From Camelus dromedarius (Eukaryota), in NCBI RefSeq assembly GCF_036321535.1, contig NC_087436.1, forward strand, positions 88,786,001 to 88,850,000: a DNA stretch of 64,000 bases, read 5' to 3'. Made by a program: the position numbers and the translations under genes. This document shows positions 1 through 12,199 of this stretch, in pieces (within the stretch, counting starts at the first letter, position 1; each line of letters opens with the position of its first letter). The notes below the pieces were generated by a model. That model was not told the DNA's origin and did no database searches. It was given only the letters and a program-made list of their open reading frames with translations.

Positions 1-139
1 TATAGGGTGAAGGGAGAACCCAACCCCTGTGTATGTGGTTGGTCCACTGGGAAAGTGCATATCAAGTTTTGAACTAACCTTGAGTTACGCTTTTGGAACA
101 TACATTCCTCAAGTAAGTGCTCATGTGTGAGAGAGTTAA

Positions 140-850
140 TAGTTAATGGTCCTTGAATCAGTCTGCCTGGGTTTGAATGCTGGCTGTGACATTCACTACC
201 TCATTGATTTTTAGACGAGTCTCTTATATTTCCTGTGCTTCAGTTTCCTGATTTGTGTATTAGGGATGACAGTAATGTTACTGGAGAGTAGAGAGTAGGT
301 TCTTGTCTCACGCAGGAAAGAATTCCAGAGCGAGCCATAGTAAAGTGAAAGCAAGTATATTTGGAGAGATACACGTTCCATAGAATGAGGTCCATCTCAG
401 AGGAGTGACCCCGGGGTGCACGGTGGTTAGTTTTTGTGGGCTGGGTAATTTCATACATTAACAAGTGGGAGGATTATTCCAACTGTTTTGGGGAAGGGCT
501 GGGGATTTCCAGGAATTGGGCCCTTGCCCACTTTTTGGCTTTTCATGGTCAGCCTGGGAACTGTCATGGTGCCTGTGGGCGTGTCATTTAGCACGCTAGT
601 GTATTACAGTGAGCCTGTAATGAGGCTCAAGGTCTACTGAAAGGCAAATCTGCTGCCATCTTGGGCCTAGTTGGTTCTAACCACTTTATGTCATATCCTC
701 AATGGCTGTCTCATTCTTTTAATGGTTGTGCCCTGCTCCCTTCCTTCCTGTCTCAGTAATGGTACCCATAGTATATTACTATGTACTGTAGTGAGAAATA
801 AATGAGTTAATGCACTTAGAATAGAGCCTAGCATCATGAAAGCAATTACA
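140..850 (+). mobile_element. MIR SINE split by an LTR insertion
   Basis: MIR-like tcagtctgcctgggtttgaat...cttcagtttcctgatttg...gacagtaa resumes after 755 as gtaatggtacc...aataaatgagttaatg...cctagcat. Confidence 0.75.
276..755 (-). mobile_element. ERV1-class solo LTR (MER41-like)
   Basis: TG...CA termini; 4-bp target site duplication GTAA at 272-275 and 756-759; 480 bp. Family assignment from recall. Confidence 0.85.
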
Positions 851-2472
851 TAGAAATTCTGTGTTCTCCACATTTCTCAACCATGTTCCCAGTTTTATTT
901 GAGAAAATATAGTCTCTAACTTCTCTGGAATAACATCTAGGAAAGGAAATCTTTTAAAAAGTTTGAGTGATACTTTTAGTCCTTGAAATATCTGATCTAT
1001 TTCCTGAATGGCAGTCAGGTGTCTCCTTTACACTGAGATTCCTGCCTGGACCAAGTCACATTTTATGTCCTAACACTAATTCTTTCAAATGCAAAACCTC
1101 TTTCCACATCTTCTCTAACAAATTTAGTCACATATTAATGTAGGTAGGTAGTTACGTGACTATTAGGATTCTAAAGGTACTCAGTCGTAAGTTTCTGAGA
1201 ATGAGTTCAAAAGCATTTGCAACTGGATGTCATTGTTGAGTACCCCTTCCCCACATTGTTATGTATAAGATCTCACTCTTAGGACTCTTTCACAGGCTAT
1301 CAGTTCTATTTTAACTCAGTGGCTGGCGCATCTTGTTAATGTTTCTGTGATCTGTAGAAATATGAATGGGGAATTGTAAATGTGTTTGTTTGATCAAGGA
1401 GTTCTTAAAGCCTAATTATTAGGTCCTTTTATGAGACTAGATAATATAGGAGAGTAGATAGAGCCTAGACTGAAAGTTAAAACTTTTGGATTCTCTTCGC
1501 ACTTCTTCCATTAGGAAACTGTGTGTCTCAGAATCTCCCTGGACTTGTCTCAAATGAAGGATCTGAATGAGGTGTTGTTTAAAGTTTCTTACAGATCTGA
1601 GGCTGTATGATTCTGCAATAGCTTATTGACCCTACATTTGTGAAGCGTGTGTTCTGCTTTGACTGACATGCGTATTTTCTTTCCCACTTTTCTTAAAATC
1701 ATTTGAAATGCCTTTGCCTTATGACGAGCCAGGGTGAGAGATGCAGTCTGTTAACCGCAAAGTAGAAAAAGCCACCTGGGTCTGTAAGAGAACAAGTCCA
1801 TGGCCTTGACATTGTAGACACAGAGCCGCGGATCCAGGAGTGTTTGATTGCGTGTCAGATGAATAAAGACAAACTCCAGGGCATCATTACTTTACCACTA
1901 ATGGACAGTTGTTTGTATTTTTCTATTTTGCAGAAGATAACATAGAAATGAAAAGATAAACAATGATAGAAGGTTTCAGAGTTGCCATTTGTTTGTATAA
2001 TATTTTCTTTTCCAAGGAGGCCATGGAGGTTAAGGAACTTCTCTCTGTCTGCCTCTCAGAGATCCTTTGAATGTCTCATAGGGATGGTAAAGAAATTAAC
2101 CTATTTTGTGACCCACTTCTGATTTTCCAATTTGAGGGGCTTCATTTCTATGTTAATTTACTTCTTTTGATATTAAGTAGAGCTCGTTTTTAGTTGACAG
2201 GTTTACTTTAGCACAAGAAATTTAAAAAAAAAATCATTTGGGATAAATGCTTCTACAAGAGATAGCTAGATGATATTATGCAACTAGCTTATTCCCTCTA
2301 GAATCATGACAGTAGGGTGGCTGAAATCCTAGGGTCGAATGTAGAAATTTAAGTTGTTGACTATAGTAAATATAAACTTAGATAATATTGCCAAGTTTTC
2401 TTATTAGTTTAATTATTACTTTGTGAAATAGCCTGTAAAAACATTAATTTTCACCTTTCTATTTTCTTCTAG

Positions 2473-2654
2473 TGTTGGGCTCCTGCCCTGTAGGTCCTTC
2501 TGTGAGGCTGCCAAGAAGGGCTGTGAATCAGTCCTGGCCATGATGAATGCCACCTGGCCTGATTTCCTCAAATGCTCCCAGTTTAGAAACCAAAGTGAAA
2601 ACAAAAATGCCAGCAGGATTTGCTTCTCACCACAGCAGGAAAGAGAAAAGCAAC
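2473..2654 (+). CDS. CORIN: CORIN coding exon (approx. human exon 5), C-terminal half of Frizzled cysteine-rich domain 1
   Basis: Acceptor ttttcttctag|T and donor CAAC|gtaagt; 182 nt, phase 2 to phase 1. Translates (S)VGLLPCRSFCEAAKKGCESVLAMMNATWPDFLKCSQFRNQSENKNASRICFSPQQEREKQ(L), matching recalled corin Fz1 (GLLPCRSFCEAAKEGCESVL..WPDFL.CSQFRNQ..RICFSPQQE). Confidence 0.97.
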
Positions 2655-2689
2655 GTAAGTACCTGTGTTTTGTTGCATTTTTAAAAGAC

Positions 2690-3640
2690 TTTATTGAGGT
2701 ATACCATTTATACGAGGAAGAATACAAATAAGGTGTGCATTTCAATAATTTGTAACACAGTGACCAGACCCACGTGACCAGCACCCAGATAAAGAGATGG
2801 AATATTGACAGCATCCCAGAAACCCTCTCAAGCCCCCTCCTGTCACCTCACCCTCTCAAAAGAGACCTGAATGCCGACTTCTATCTCCTTGGGTAGTTTT
2901 TATCAATTTCTGAACTTGGTATCAATGGAATCATGCAGTCTACAGTCCTTTTGTGTCCAGCTTCGTTTGCTCAACATTATGTTTGAGAGATTCACTATAT
3001 TTTCATCTTCCAGTGATTCATTCATTCTCTTTTTAATAGTACTTTGATATATTTTGCATCACAATGTATTTTCCTGTGCTATTGTTGATGGATGTGGGAG
3101 TCGTCTCTGGCTACTATGAACGGTGATGCTATGGCTATTCTTGTATATGTCTTTGGTGGAACAAGGATATGTATTTGTTCAGCAAAACAGTTTTTTTTTA
3201 AAGTAGTTGTGCCAATTTATACTTATCCTAGCTATGTGTGAAAGTTGCAGTTGCTCCAAATCTTCCCCAACACTTGGTATTGTTAGTTTTTTTTTTTCAA
3301 TTTTAGCAATTCTGATGATAGTATTGTGCTATCTCTTTGCAGTTTTAAGTTGCATTTTCCTAATGAATTTGATTGAATTTTCAAGATGTCTTGGTTATTT
3401 AAATATCTTTTTTTGTGAAGTGTCTGTCCACGTATTTTGCCCCTTTTTAAATTGGATAGTCTGTCTTTTTGTTCCTGATTTGTCTCTCTTTATGCTTTCT
3501 GGATTTAAGTCATCTCTTGGGTATGTATATTGTGAAGATCTCCCACTGTGTGGTTTGCCTTTCCTTTCTTTTATTAGTGTCTGTTATGGAATAGAAGATG
3601 CTGATTTTAATGGGTCTGCATTATCAATCTTCTCTATCCT
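2690..3640 (-). mobile_element. Old LINE-1 (L1M-type) 3' fragment
   Basis: Antisense L1 3' motifs such as tttattgaggtata, ggaatcatgcagt, gttgcagttgctccaaatcttcccc, ttttaagttgcattttcctaatg. Confidence 0.75.
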
Positions 3641-4034
3641 CAGCTTTCTGGACTCTCCTGCTATAGTACAGTACATAAGAACCTCTTTCTAAATTCCTGA
3701 GAAGGCCCTTTGGCGTTCACATATGAATTACAATTGCTTGGGGCTTTGAGTTATCTTTTTCTAGAACATTATTGATGGTTAGCAGTAAGCTGTCCAATCC
3801 ATTGTCCTTGTCAAACCCTTGGTCAATTACCCTATTTAGTACATTCCTTTCCACAGGTAGACTATTCCAACTCACCTCTGACAAGGGTTTCAACCCTGGA
3901 CCACCCCCTCATGCCAGGGAAGGTCTATCTCCATCTAACCATCAGTGTTGGCAGCCTCACTGCCATCCTAGCAGTGCATGGTCCAGATCAATAACCTCGT
4001 CACATCACCTGCTTTCTTGGACCACTACAGTGAC

Positions 4035-4430
4035 TGTCAGCAGCTGGGTTTTCCAGAAGCAGTCACTGAGGTGGAGTTTGTTGTACAGGGTGTTTATCAG
4101 GTATCAGCGCTTGTGTAAAGGAGGGAAGAGAAAGCAGGACTGAGCAGAAGAAGAAGTGGAAGTGCGATCCAGACCTGTTAAAGCCTCGGCTAAATCCACG
4201 GGGAGCTCTGGGGCACAGGTGACCTGAGGGAGTTGCTCCGTGTTGGGCCAAGATGGCTGGGTCTTTATATCCCCACCTCCATCAGCCGTTGGATGTGGGC
4301 CTTTCTGGGGAGGGTGTGCCCTGGGGCAAGGCAGCTCTGCAGAAGAGGCGAAACCTGAAGGAGATTCAGGCTGTTGATGATAGTGGGGGCAGCAGGTCCT
4401 CTCCTGAAGGGCAGGCACATAGAGTGGGAA
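4035..4430 (-). mobile_element. ERVL LTR (LTR16/LTR33-like)
   Basis: gggttttccagaagcagtcactgag...gtttatcagg...ccacggggagctctgg resembles the recalled consensus; explains the overlapping ORFs at 4063-4649. Confidence 0.7.
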
Positions 4431-5619
4431 CAGACTACCTGGTCCTGGCAGAGACTGAGCTGGTTTCGCTGAGTGTTTATAAGGCAGTGTCCGTAAGGCT
4501 CTACTTACCTCTGTTTTTTTCCATTCTGAGCATGCGCTTCTCCAGTGGGCCTTACTGAGAAACCGAAGTGTTTCCTGCACTCCACTCCTCCTTGGGCAGT
4601 CCCAAATTATAATATTTTTCTTCTCAGAACAAGATTGCTGGGTTTCCACTTTGCTTCACATTGGTCTTCTTCCTAGCTGTTTAGCTTCTTGTACTTTACA
4701 GCAAATGCCATGAGGGGAAATCCTTCCATGTGATGGCCCCATTTCTGTGTTTCCTTTCCCACTGCATCCTTGGCCCCTTAATTCCTGTCTTCTTTGACAG
4801 CACCCAAACTCTAATTTTTGTCTCTCCATCACTGTGGGATTGCCAAAAGCTCTACTGGCTTCTCTGCCTCTTTGCAGTCCAGATTCTTATTTTCTAGCGC
4901 CATGCCAAGAATTGGCGAGTCCCAAAGGGAAAAAGCGTCCACAGAATGCAGACTGTTTGCTCTGTAGTTACCTTTTCTCTGGGATCTGAGCCGCTTGCAT
5001 CCTAATAGTCTCCCACTATCAAGGGCCTTTAAACAGATGTTTCTTGTGTTTTATCTGGCTTTTGTAGTTTTACTTGATGGGGGACATTGACATGTCATAA
5101 GCTACTACATCGTAGCCAAAAGTCGAAGTTTGTTTTATTTCTTTTAAGCACACTGTTTAATAGAGTTGATGCTAAATTCGGATTCCCTCCAAAAGATTGT
5201 ATATAGTTAGAAGCCACCATAAGGATGAGTGAGTGTGTCTGAAAGAGAAACCCCTCAATTCTTTTCTTTTTCAGCTGCATTTGCCCCTGTTTTGATAAGA
5301 ACACTTCGCTAGTGGTTATTTGGGAAATGCAGCCTGTTGATACAGGATTGGAGAATCCACTGAGAAAATCTGAAAGTCAAAAACATCACTAGTGTTCTTT
5401 AACAGGATGGTCCAAAAGTATCAGTTCTTGAAAATCAGAATAACATCAGTATTCTTTAAGAGCTCAAGGTGAAATGCCACTGACATAGGTTCCCCAAATA
5501 TCAGAAGACAGTACAAATCTTCCTTCTGATCTTGGAAAAGACTGGTGAGTTTGGGACAGATTTTGGAGGATTGGTAAAACGTTTATACTAAAAAGCTTAC
5601 CAGTCTTTTTAGAATTCTT

Positions 5620-5773
5620 TTTTTTTTCCTTTTTTTTAGTTTTCTTTGGGGGGGAGGTAATTAGGTTTATTTCATTTAATTATTATTTTTTTAAATGGAG
5701 GTACTGGGGGTTGAACCCAGGACTTCATACATGCTAAACATGTGCTCTACCTCTTGAGCTATACCCTCCCCTC
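5620..5773 (-). mobile_element. tRNA-derived SINE, Vic-1-like (camelid)
   Basis: Reverse complement GGGGAGGGTATAGCTCAAGAGGTAGAGCACATGTTTAGCATGTATGAAGTCCTGGGTTCAACCCCCAGTACCTCC (A and B boxes) plus A-rich tail; 10-bp TSD tagaattctt at 5610-5619 and 5774-5783. Confidence 0.88.
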
Positions 5774-6261
5774 TAGAATTCTTGATTGTACTATTCTTTC
5801 CATGTAGAATTAATTCTCTGAACATGGGTCTGATAAGTGGTGTTTAAATTCCTAGAATTTAAAATAATTTTTCTGTCTCATGCTTGATGGATAAACAGGA
5901 TGCTAGCCATCATAGGCATATTCATAGTTCATGTTCTAGGGAGAAAGTAACTGTTAACTGTGATCTTTGTGTATGCACAAGAATATAATTTCTAGCATAC
6001 GCACTAAAATGTGTTCATGTACCAAAAATATATTGTATGCCAACTTGCAAATTATGCATTATATAATATCGTTTTAATCATATAAGGGTTTATGCTATAA
6101 GGTCAGTTATAAATATAACTAATGAAGTCCTTTCCTCATTTTTTCATTTATTCAGTAAATATTCACTGAGTACCTGTGCAGTTCTGAGCATTATCCCAGG
6201 TAATCTGAAAAGAATAAAAGTAGTTACAGTGACCATAGTATTAATTTAGCCCTGGCTAGTA

Positions 6262-6484
6262 TGGTGGTTCTCAACCAGAGATGATTTTGTAGCCCCCACC
6301 TGGGAACATTTGGCAATGTCTGTAGACATTTTGGTTGTCGTAACTTTGGGGCCAGAAAGAGTTGCCCCTGGCATTTAGCTGGTGAGAGACCCACCATGCG
6401 AAACATCCTGCAATGAACAGGACAGCCTCCCCCAGCAAAAAACTATGTGGGTCAAATGTCAATAGTGCTGCTTTTGAGAAACCA
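6262..6484 (+). mobile_element. MER20-like non-autonomous hAT-Charlie DNA transposon
   Basis: gtggttctcaacc...acatttggcaatgtctgtagacatttttggttgtc...aaatgtcaatagtgc...ttgagaaacc; terminal inverted repeats visible. Confidence 0.85.
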
Positions 6485-6520
6485 AACCCTGGTTTGGGCT
6501 TTATGTTTTCAAGGTACTCT

Positions 6521-6573
6521 ATAATAATAACAACAACAACAACAACAACAACAATAAACAATAACAATAATAA
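6521..6573 (+). repeat. (AAT)n/(AAC)n compound trinucleotide microsatellite
   Basis: ataataataacaacaacaacaacaacaacaacaataaacaataacaataataat; source of the poly-T/poly-V ORFs. Confidence 0.95.
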
Positions 6574-8419
6574 TCCTTATCATGCTTCCTACCTTTAGTG
6601 AGGGCTAAACCTAATCTGGTATGCCCATATATGAGAAACAACGTAAAAGCGTTGGTGACTCCATTAAGCCACAGAAACTAGAAAGGAACACAGGTTAGAT
6701 GTCAATGGAGTAGAAGTGGAGTCTATTACATAAAGGAATTCTGAATATTTGGAAGAGGAAGGGTCCCACTTGGCACAGTGGAAGAGAGAAGGTGATCTGG
6801 GGTCATATTCATCACTGTGAACCTGTGTTGGGCGTCAGGTGCCTACTTGGCCCATGAGACAAATGGTGATGAAAAATTGACTCCCATCTTAATCTCCTTC
6901 CAAATTTTCGAATCATTTGCCCCAAGAAAACAGTAGCCCCCCTTTTTACGTTATGGACCCCAGTCTCCTTTCCGAAGTGCTTTCACAGCTGTTAGGTCAC
7001 TTTGCTTCCAGAGTAAACCTCTGAGGTATTATCACCTTCATTTTATAAATAAGGAAACTGAGGTTCAGGAAGATCATTCCAAGGTTATTTTAAATCAGCC
7101 GCCCAGCCTCTCTCTTCTCCCCAACAGTCCACCATCCAGGGATTTGTTTATTAATCCTTGAACGCTTCCCTTTGTTACGGCTCCCTTCTCACAAGAGCTT
7201 TCAAAATGCCTTTTCTGACTGAGTTGAGCCAAAACTCACAACTTGTAACAGCTGCTTTTCCCAATGCTCAGCTCTGTAAATTCAATTCCTCTTCTCTTAG
7301 CATCCTTGAATAAGTCATAACCCCAAAGATATTTTGTTCTCACATAGAAGGATACACGGTTGTCTCATCCTTTCTGTCTTATGCTGATGCTGGGTCCTGT
7401 AAAGTAAATAATGTGCTAATGTGATAATGCTGTGGGAACTGTTCCTCAGAGGTTTTTAAAATAAACACTGTGTGTGTTTCCATAGTTGAGTTGTGAGAAC
7501 TCAGAGGGCTAAAAGATCAAGGTCCATCAATCATTCTGAGCTTTCTAATTCTTTACTCTACCTTGTCTGTAATTATATATGGAAAGTAGTTTTTAAATTG
7601 TACTTCTGTGGGTCTAACGAGGTCTCCTCTGCCATGAAAGAACTTTGGCTATTTATTCTTTCATTCTCTTCTTCCTTTTCCAGTCTCTTACTTGTTTTTC
7701 TAGCTCTGGTTGCTGAGAGCAACCACTTCATTGCATTAGCAGCAAAATTGTCATTTTGAGATCTTGGTGAAACATATATTCTGAATTTCTGCTATTGAAT
7801 TGTGAGTTCATTTGGGAGAAATACTGCAGTACTATTTCTTTGAGGTACTCAGTATCAAAATTTTGCCAGAGATGGATGATTAGAGATAGTGTGATGGAAT
7901 TACTAAAAACTAGCCATGCACTCTTTATGACAATGAATAATCAAATAAAATGAGGTTTTACTAGAACTTCAAAATTTCCTACATTTATAGTTTTAAATTA
8001 TTTAAAATTTAAATCATAAATAACATTTTCTTTCTTCCATATGTAGATACTTCTTTGGAGGGTGCCAAATTTAGATCTGAAGATTTGTTTTCAAGCCCTG
8101 GTTTTCTTGTTTAATAACTGTGTGGTCTTGAGCAAGTTTCTTAAACTCTTTTAACTTCTCTTTCCTCAATTTTACAATAGGAATAGTAATACCTGGGTGG
8201 TAAAACTGTTTTATGGGCTACGTGAGGTAATGTATTTGAAAGAATTTTGGAAGCCATGATGTACCATACAAATGTAAATGCTTCAATCCAACATTTAGAC
8301 ATTTAGACGCATTTTCTCTGTACCAGGTGGTTCACCAGGAACTGGAAAAGGAAAGATGGCATGTCTACTTTTCAAGAGCTCATAGGCCAGTGGAGAGATA
8401 GACATCTAAGCACAGAGTA

Positions 8420-8596
8420 AATCAGCCCTTGGATCTCTCCTTTTTTGGTGATCTAATTCAGGCTCATGGCTTGAAGTCCCACCATACACTGACATCTACA
8501 AACCTGGCTCTCAAACTGTACATCCTCTGAACTCCGGACTTGCATACATATGTATGCTTGGGACACACACACACTTGCATGCGTGTGTGTGTGCGT

Positions 8597-8639
<43 letters not shown>

Positions 8640-9340
8640 CATCTATCTGTTTCCATTTGAGTGTTTACAAGACATTTCAGGCAGAACAGGTACTACCCTG
8701 ATCTAGTATTGCCCCTGCACCTGCTCCTCTCCCAGCCCTCCCAATCTTAGTAAATGACAACTTCATTCTTCCAGTTGCTCCAGCCAAAGACCTTGGGTCA
8801 TCCTTGACTCTTCTCTTACGCTCTCATACTATATCTGATCTGTCAGAAATCTTCTTGGCTATGCTATCAAAATAGGCATGGAACCCATCCAGTGCCCACC
8901 ACCTCCACAACCACTCCCAGGTCCAAGTCACCTCAACTCCTGCCTGGATTATCTTTCCAGGTCCTTATTGTCATCCTTCCTGCCTCCTAATGTCCTGGCG
9001 GGCTATTCTATATATAGCAGCAAAAGGGATGTTTTAATTGTTGCCATCTCTCCCCTCCAAGTTTTCCCATCTGCTTCAATATAAAAGCCACCAGGGCCCT
9101 CCATCAGCATCACTGCATTGTGGAAGGAACTCCAGGGGAGGACCAATCACACAACATTCAAAGTAAACAGTGCCTCCTGGAGTTGTACAGCATAGACCTC
9201 CTGCCCTACAATATCTGCCCCCATTCCCTCTCTGACTTCTCTCTGAATACTTGTCTCTTGCTCTCTAAGCTCCAGCTACTCTGTCTGCAATGATCTTCCC
9301 CAAGATATCCCCTCTTCTCAGTTCTTTTAAGCATGTGTCT
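8420..9340 (+). mobile_element. LINE-2 fragment interrupted by a CA microsatellite
   Basis: L2 motifs tagtaaatgacaacttcattcttccagttgctc and ccttgggtcatccttgactcttctct, cctggattat. Confidence 0.75.
8563..8636. repeat. (CA)n/(GT)n/(CA)n microsatellite
   Basis: Directly visible; the long (CA) tract spans about 8601-8636. Confidence 0.95.
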
Positions 9341-9471
9341 GTAGGGCCGTAACACAGGGAATGTTTGGGAGAATGGCCAAAGTTAAGAAGAGAAGCTCTA
9401 TGGAGTAATAACTGTCATTATTATTGTAGTTATTTGGGTAGTGACAGAGCTAAAGACACAGAAGAATTCTT

Positions 9472-10251
9472 TCAATTTTTATTTTTTAAATTTTTTATTG
9501 AAGTATAGTGGATTTACAGTGTTGTGTTAGTTTCTGGTATACAAAATAGTGATTCAGTTTTAGATATAAATATGTATACTTTTTCATATTCTTTTAAATT
9601 ATAGGTTATTATAAGCTATTGAATATTGTTCAGTGCTATACTGTAGGACCTTGTTGTTTATCTTTTCTGTATATAGTAGTTTATATCTGCTAATCCCAAA
9701 CTCCAAGTTTATCCCTCCTCTGCTTTCCCCTTTGGTAACCATAAGTTTGTTTTCTATGTCTGTGAGTCTGTTTCTGTTTTGTAAATGAATTCATTTGTAT
9801 TTTTTTTTTTTTTTTAGATTCTGTGTACAAATTATATCATATGGTATTTGTCTTTCTCTGTCTTAATTCACTTAGTATGATAATCTCTAGGTCCATCCAT
9901 GTTGCTGCAAATGGCATTAATTCATTCTTCTTTATGGTTGAGTAGTATTCCATTGTGTATGGAACTTCTTTATCCAATCATCTGTCAATGGACATTTAGG
10001 TTGCTTCCATGTCTTGGCAACTGTAAATAGTGCTGCTGTGAATATTTTGGGGTGCATACATTTTTTCAAATTGGAATCTTCTCTGAGTATATGCTGAGGA
10101 GTGGGATTGCTGGAACATTTGGTAACTCTTGTTTTTAGTTTTTAAAGGAATCTCCATACTGTTTTCCATAATGGCTGCACCAAACTACATTCCTACCAAC
10201 AGTGTTGGAAGGGTCCCTTTTCTCCACACCCTCTTCAGCATTTATCATTTG
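9472..10251 (-). mobile_element. 5'-truncated LINE-1 (end of ORF2 plus 3'UTR)
   Basis: Antisense L1 3' sequence (ttttttattgaagtatag ... ggtccatccatgttgctgcaaatggc ... cattcctaccaacagtg); perfect 19-bp TSD aagacacagaagaattctt at 9453-9471 and 10252-10270. Confidence 0.93.
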
Positions 10252-12199
10252 AAGACACAGAAGAATTCTTAATAAGCTTCATGATTAACTTGTCTGGTAC
10301 TTAAACTTTATTTGGCTGTGTATTGAAACTTGAAAGGTTTTTTAAAAAATCATTTAAAAGTCCCTAAGGACTTCTTTCAGTCTGTGAACCATGAGAAATT
10401 CTCATCTTGTAGATGTCCACTGTTTTTCTCTGAGAGCCACAGTCTTGTTTTGACTCCATTCTGCCACATGCCCAGCATAAAGAAGCAGTGCCAAACAAAA
10501 CAGATCTCTTGTTGAACCTAAAGACTACCTGGGCTCAGTCGTTCTTGTTTATAGATCATTAGAGATTAGGTTTCTCTTCTCTGCCAGATATTGCTTTGCT
10601 TAAGGTGGCACAGTGGTTCCTAAAAAAGAAATATAGAGGTTTCCTTTCCTCACCTGCATTCATTCTTCTTACTCTCCTTACAAGTTGGCTGCATGACTTA
10701 GAGGCTGATAACTCAGAAACCCGGTATCACAGGTTGATCCCTGTGCTTATTATGGAATATTATTTCATTTAGTGGCTAGAGACCAAGAGCTTCCACATTT
10801 TGTTCAATATTGTGCCTTGCAATCAAAAATTCACAGTTTTGGTCTTACAGACTACAATAAAATGCAGGAATTTTTAGCAATTAAAGTCTGGTTTTTTTCA
10901 ATATATGTAATCATAAGTACATAGCTCTAAGCCTATTTTGGTCAATAATCAGTTTGATCGCTTCAACAAGAATGCTGGTAATTCATATCCTGAATAATTC
11001 AAAACACCATTTATTATAATTCTATATCCAGCTTTATATCTCTATGATGGTCAATTTAATCATAGCAGATACATCTTTACAGAATCAGGTGGTTGGGAAA
11101 AATTGCTGGTTGGGTTTTTTTTCACATGATAGGAATATTAGCTTAGTTCTGTTTCATATTTGTCTCCCCAAATTCCCAAGATTGGATACTACCTATGTCC
11201 AAAAGGTGGACATAACTCCTTAAGCTCAATCAGTTCTTCTTGAAATTGAACTGCAGTGGTGTGGTGATTTCCTAGTAATTCAGACATCCTAGACTCTGGA
11301 CTCTACACTCTGGGCCACCCAGTGAAACTAATGTGTAATTCAGAATCATCACCTCCAAGTCTGAATCTCTTCTGAAATTGTGGCTTCTTTATAACAAATA
11401 GCATTTTGATCTTCATAACTTCAACTCCATCGAGCTTGGCCATTGGGAAGTAATTGCAATCTCCATTTTCATCTGCTCAATACGTAATATTTATTTTGTG
11501 TCTGAATCCCTGCACACATTTAAACAAAATGAGCTAAATTCTTATCAAGGAGGCAGTGTCACGTAGTATTTAGAGGTATGGTCTTCCACATAGTTTTGCT
11601 TGTGTAACCTTAAAATGATTTTGAAAAGTTATATACCCCTTGCACAATTTTAAGTTACTATCTAAAAGCTGTAAATCATGCTTGTAAGTAGTTGACAAAG
11701 AATACAATCTAAAGGATATTATGATAATTGACGTTTTAAAATGAAAACTGTTTCATTACTCTTTTAAATATGTCCGGTGGAATTTAAATACCATAGTGAC
11801 TTGGCACTCACAACCATTCTAGAATCACAAGCTGTTCTTTTAACATTGGGCGAGTATTACATAGTTGCTCTTTCTTCCTGAACTTTTATTTCTATTTCCC
11901 TTCTCTCACAGAATTTCATTTAGTTATTTTTTATCACTCTATCATACGTTTCTAGGACAAAACAATGTATAAAAATGGAAATGATTACTTACAAAAAATT
12001 TACCTCACTCATGAGACAGAGGGTTAGCATTTTTGATTAATTTATCGTAGTTATTGTGACTTGTTTATAAGTAATTACTAAACTTAAATGTGACATTTAT
12101 TGGAAATTTATCTCTTAATGTGTTAGAAGGGATGGTTTATTTTCTTTTAAAACTGGTTTGTGTGGAATGGAACAGTGTTTGTCATCAATTCCATTCTTT

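Noticed and set aside
3207..3692. 161-aa hydrophobic ORF
   Set aside because: Antisense L1 sequence, which is T-rich and gives spurious hydrophobic ORFs; the same applies at 12366, 17662-18347 and 51841.
4063..4649. 181-aa minus-strand ORF and overlapping ORFs
   Set aside because: They lie over an ERVL LTR and show no recognisable domain or splice context.
5690..5773. tRNA gene
   Set aside because: A and B boxes are present, but the A-rich tail and TSD identify a tRNA-derived SINE.
10932..10941. Isolated CArG box CCTATTTTGG
   Set aside because: A single 10-mer is expected by chance in 64 kb of AT-rich DNA and has no supporting motif cluster.
11570..12180. Possible old hAT-Charlie fragment
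   Set aside because: Resemblance is too weak to name or bound without an alignment.
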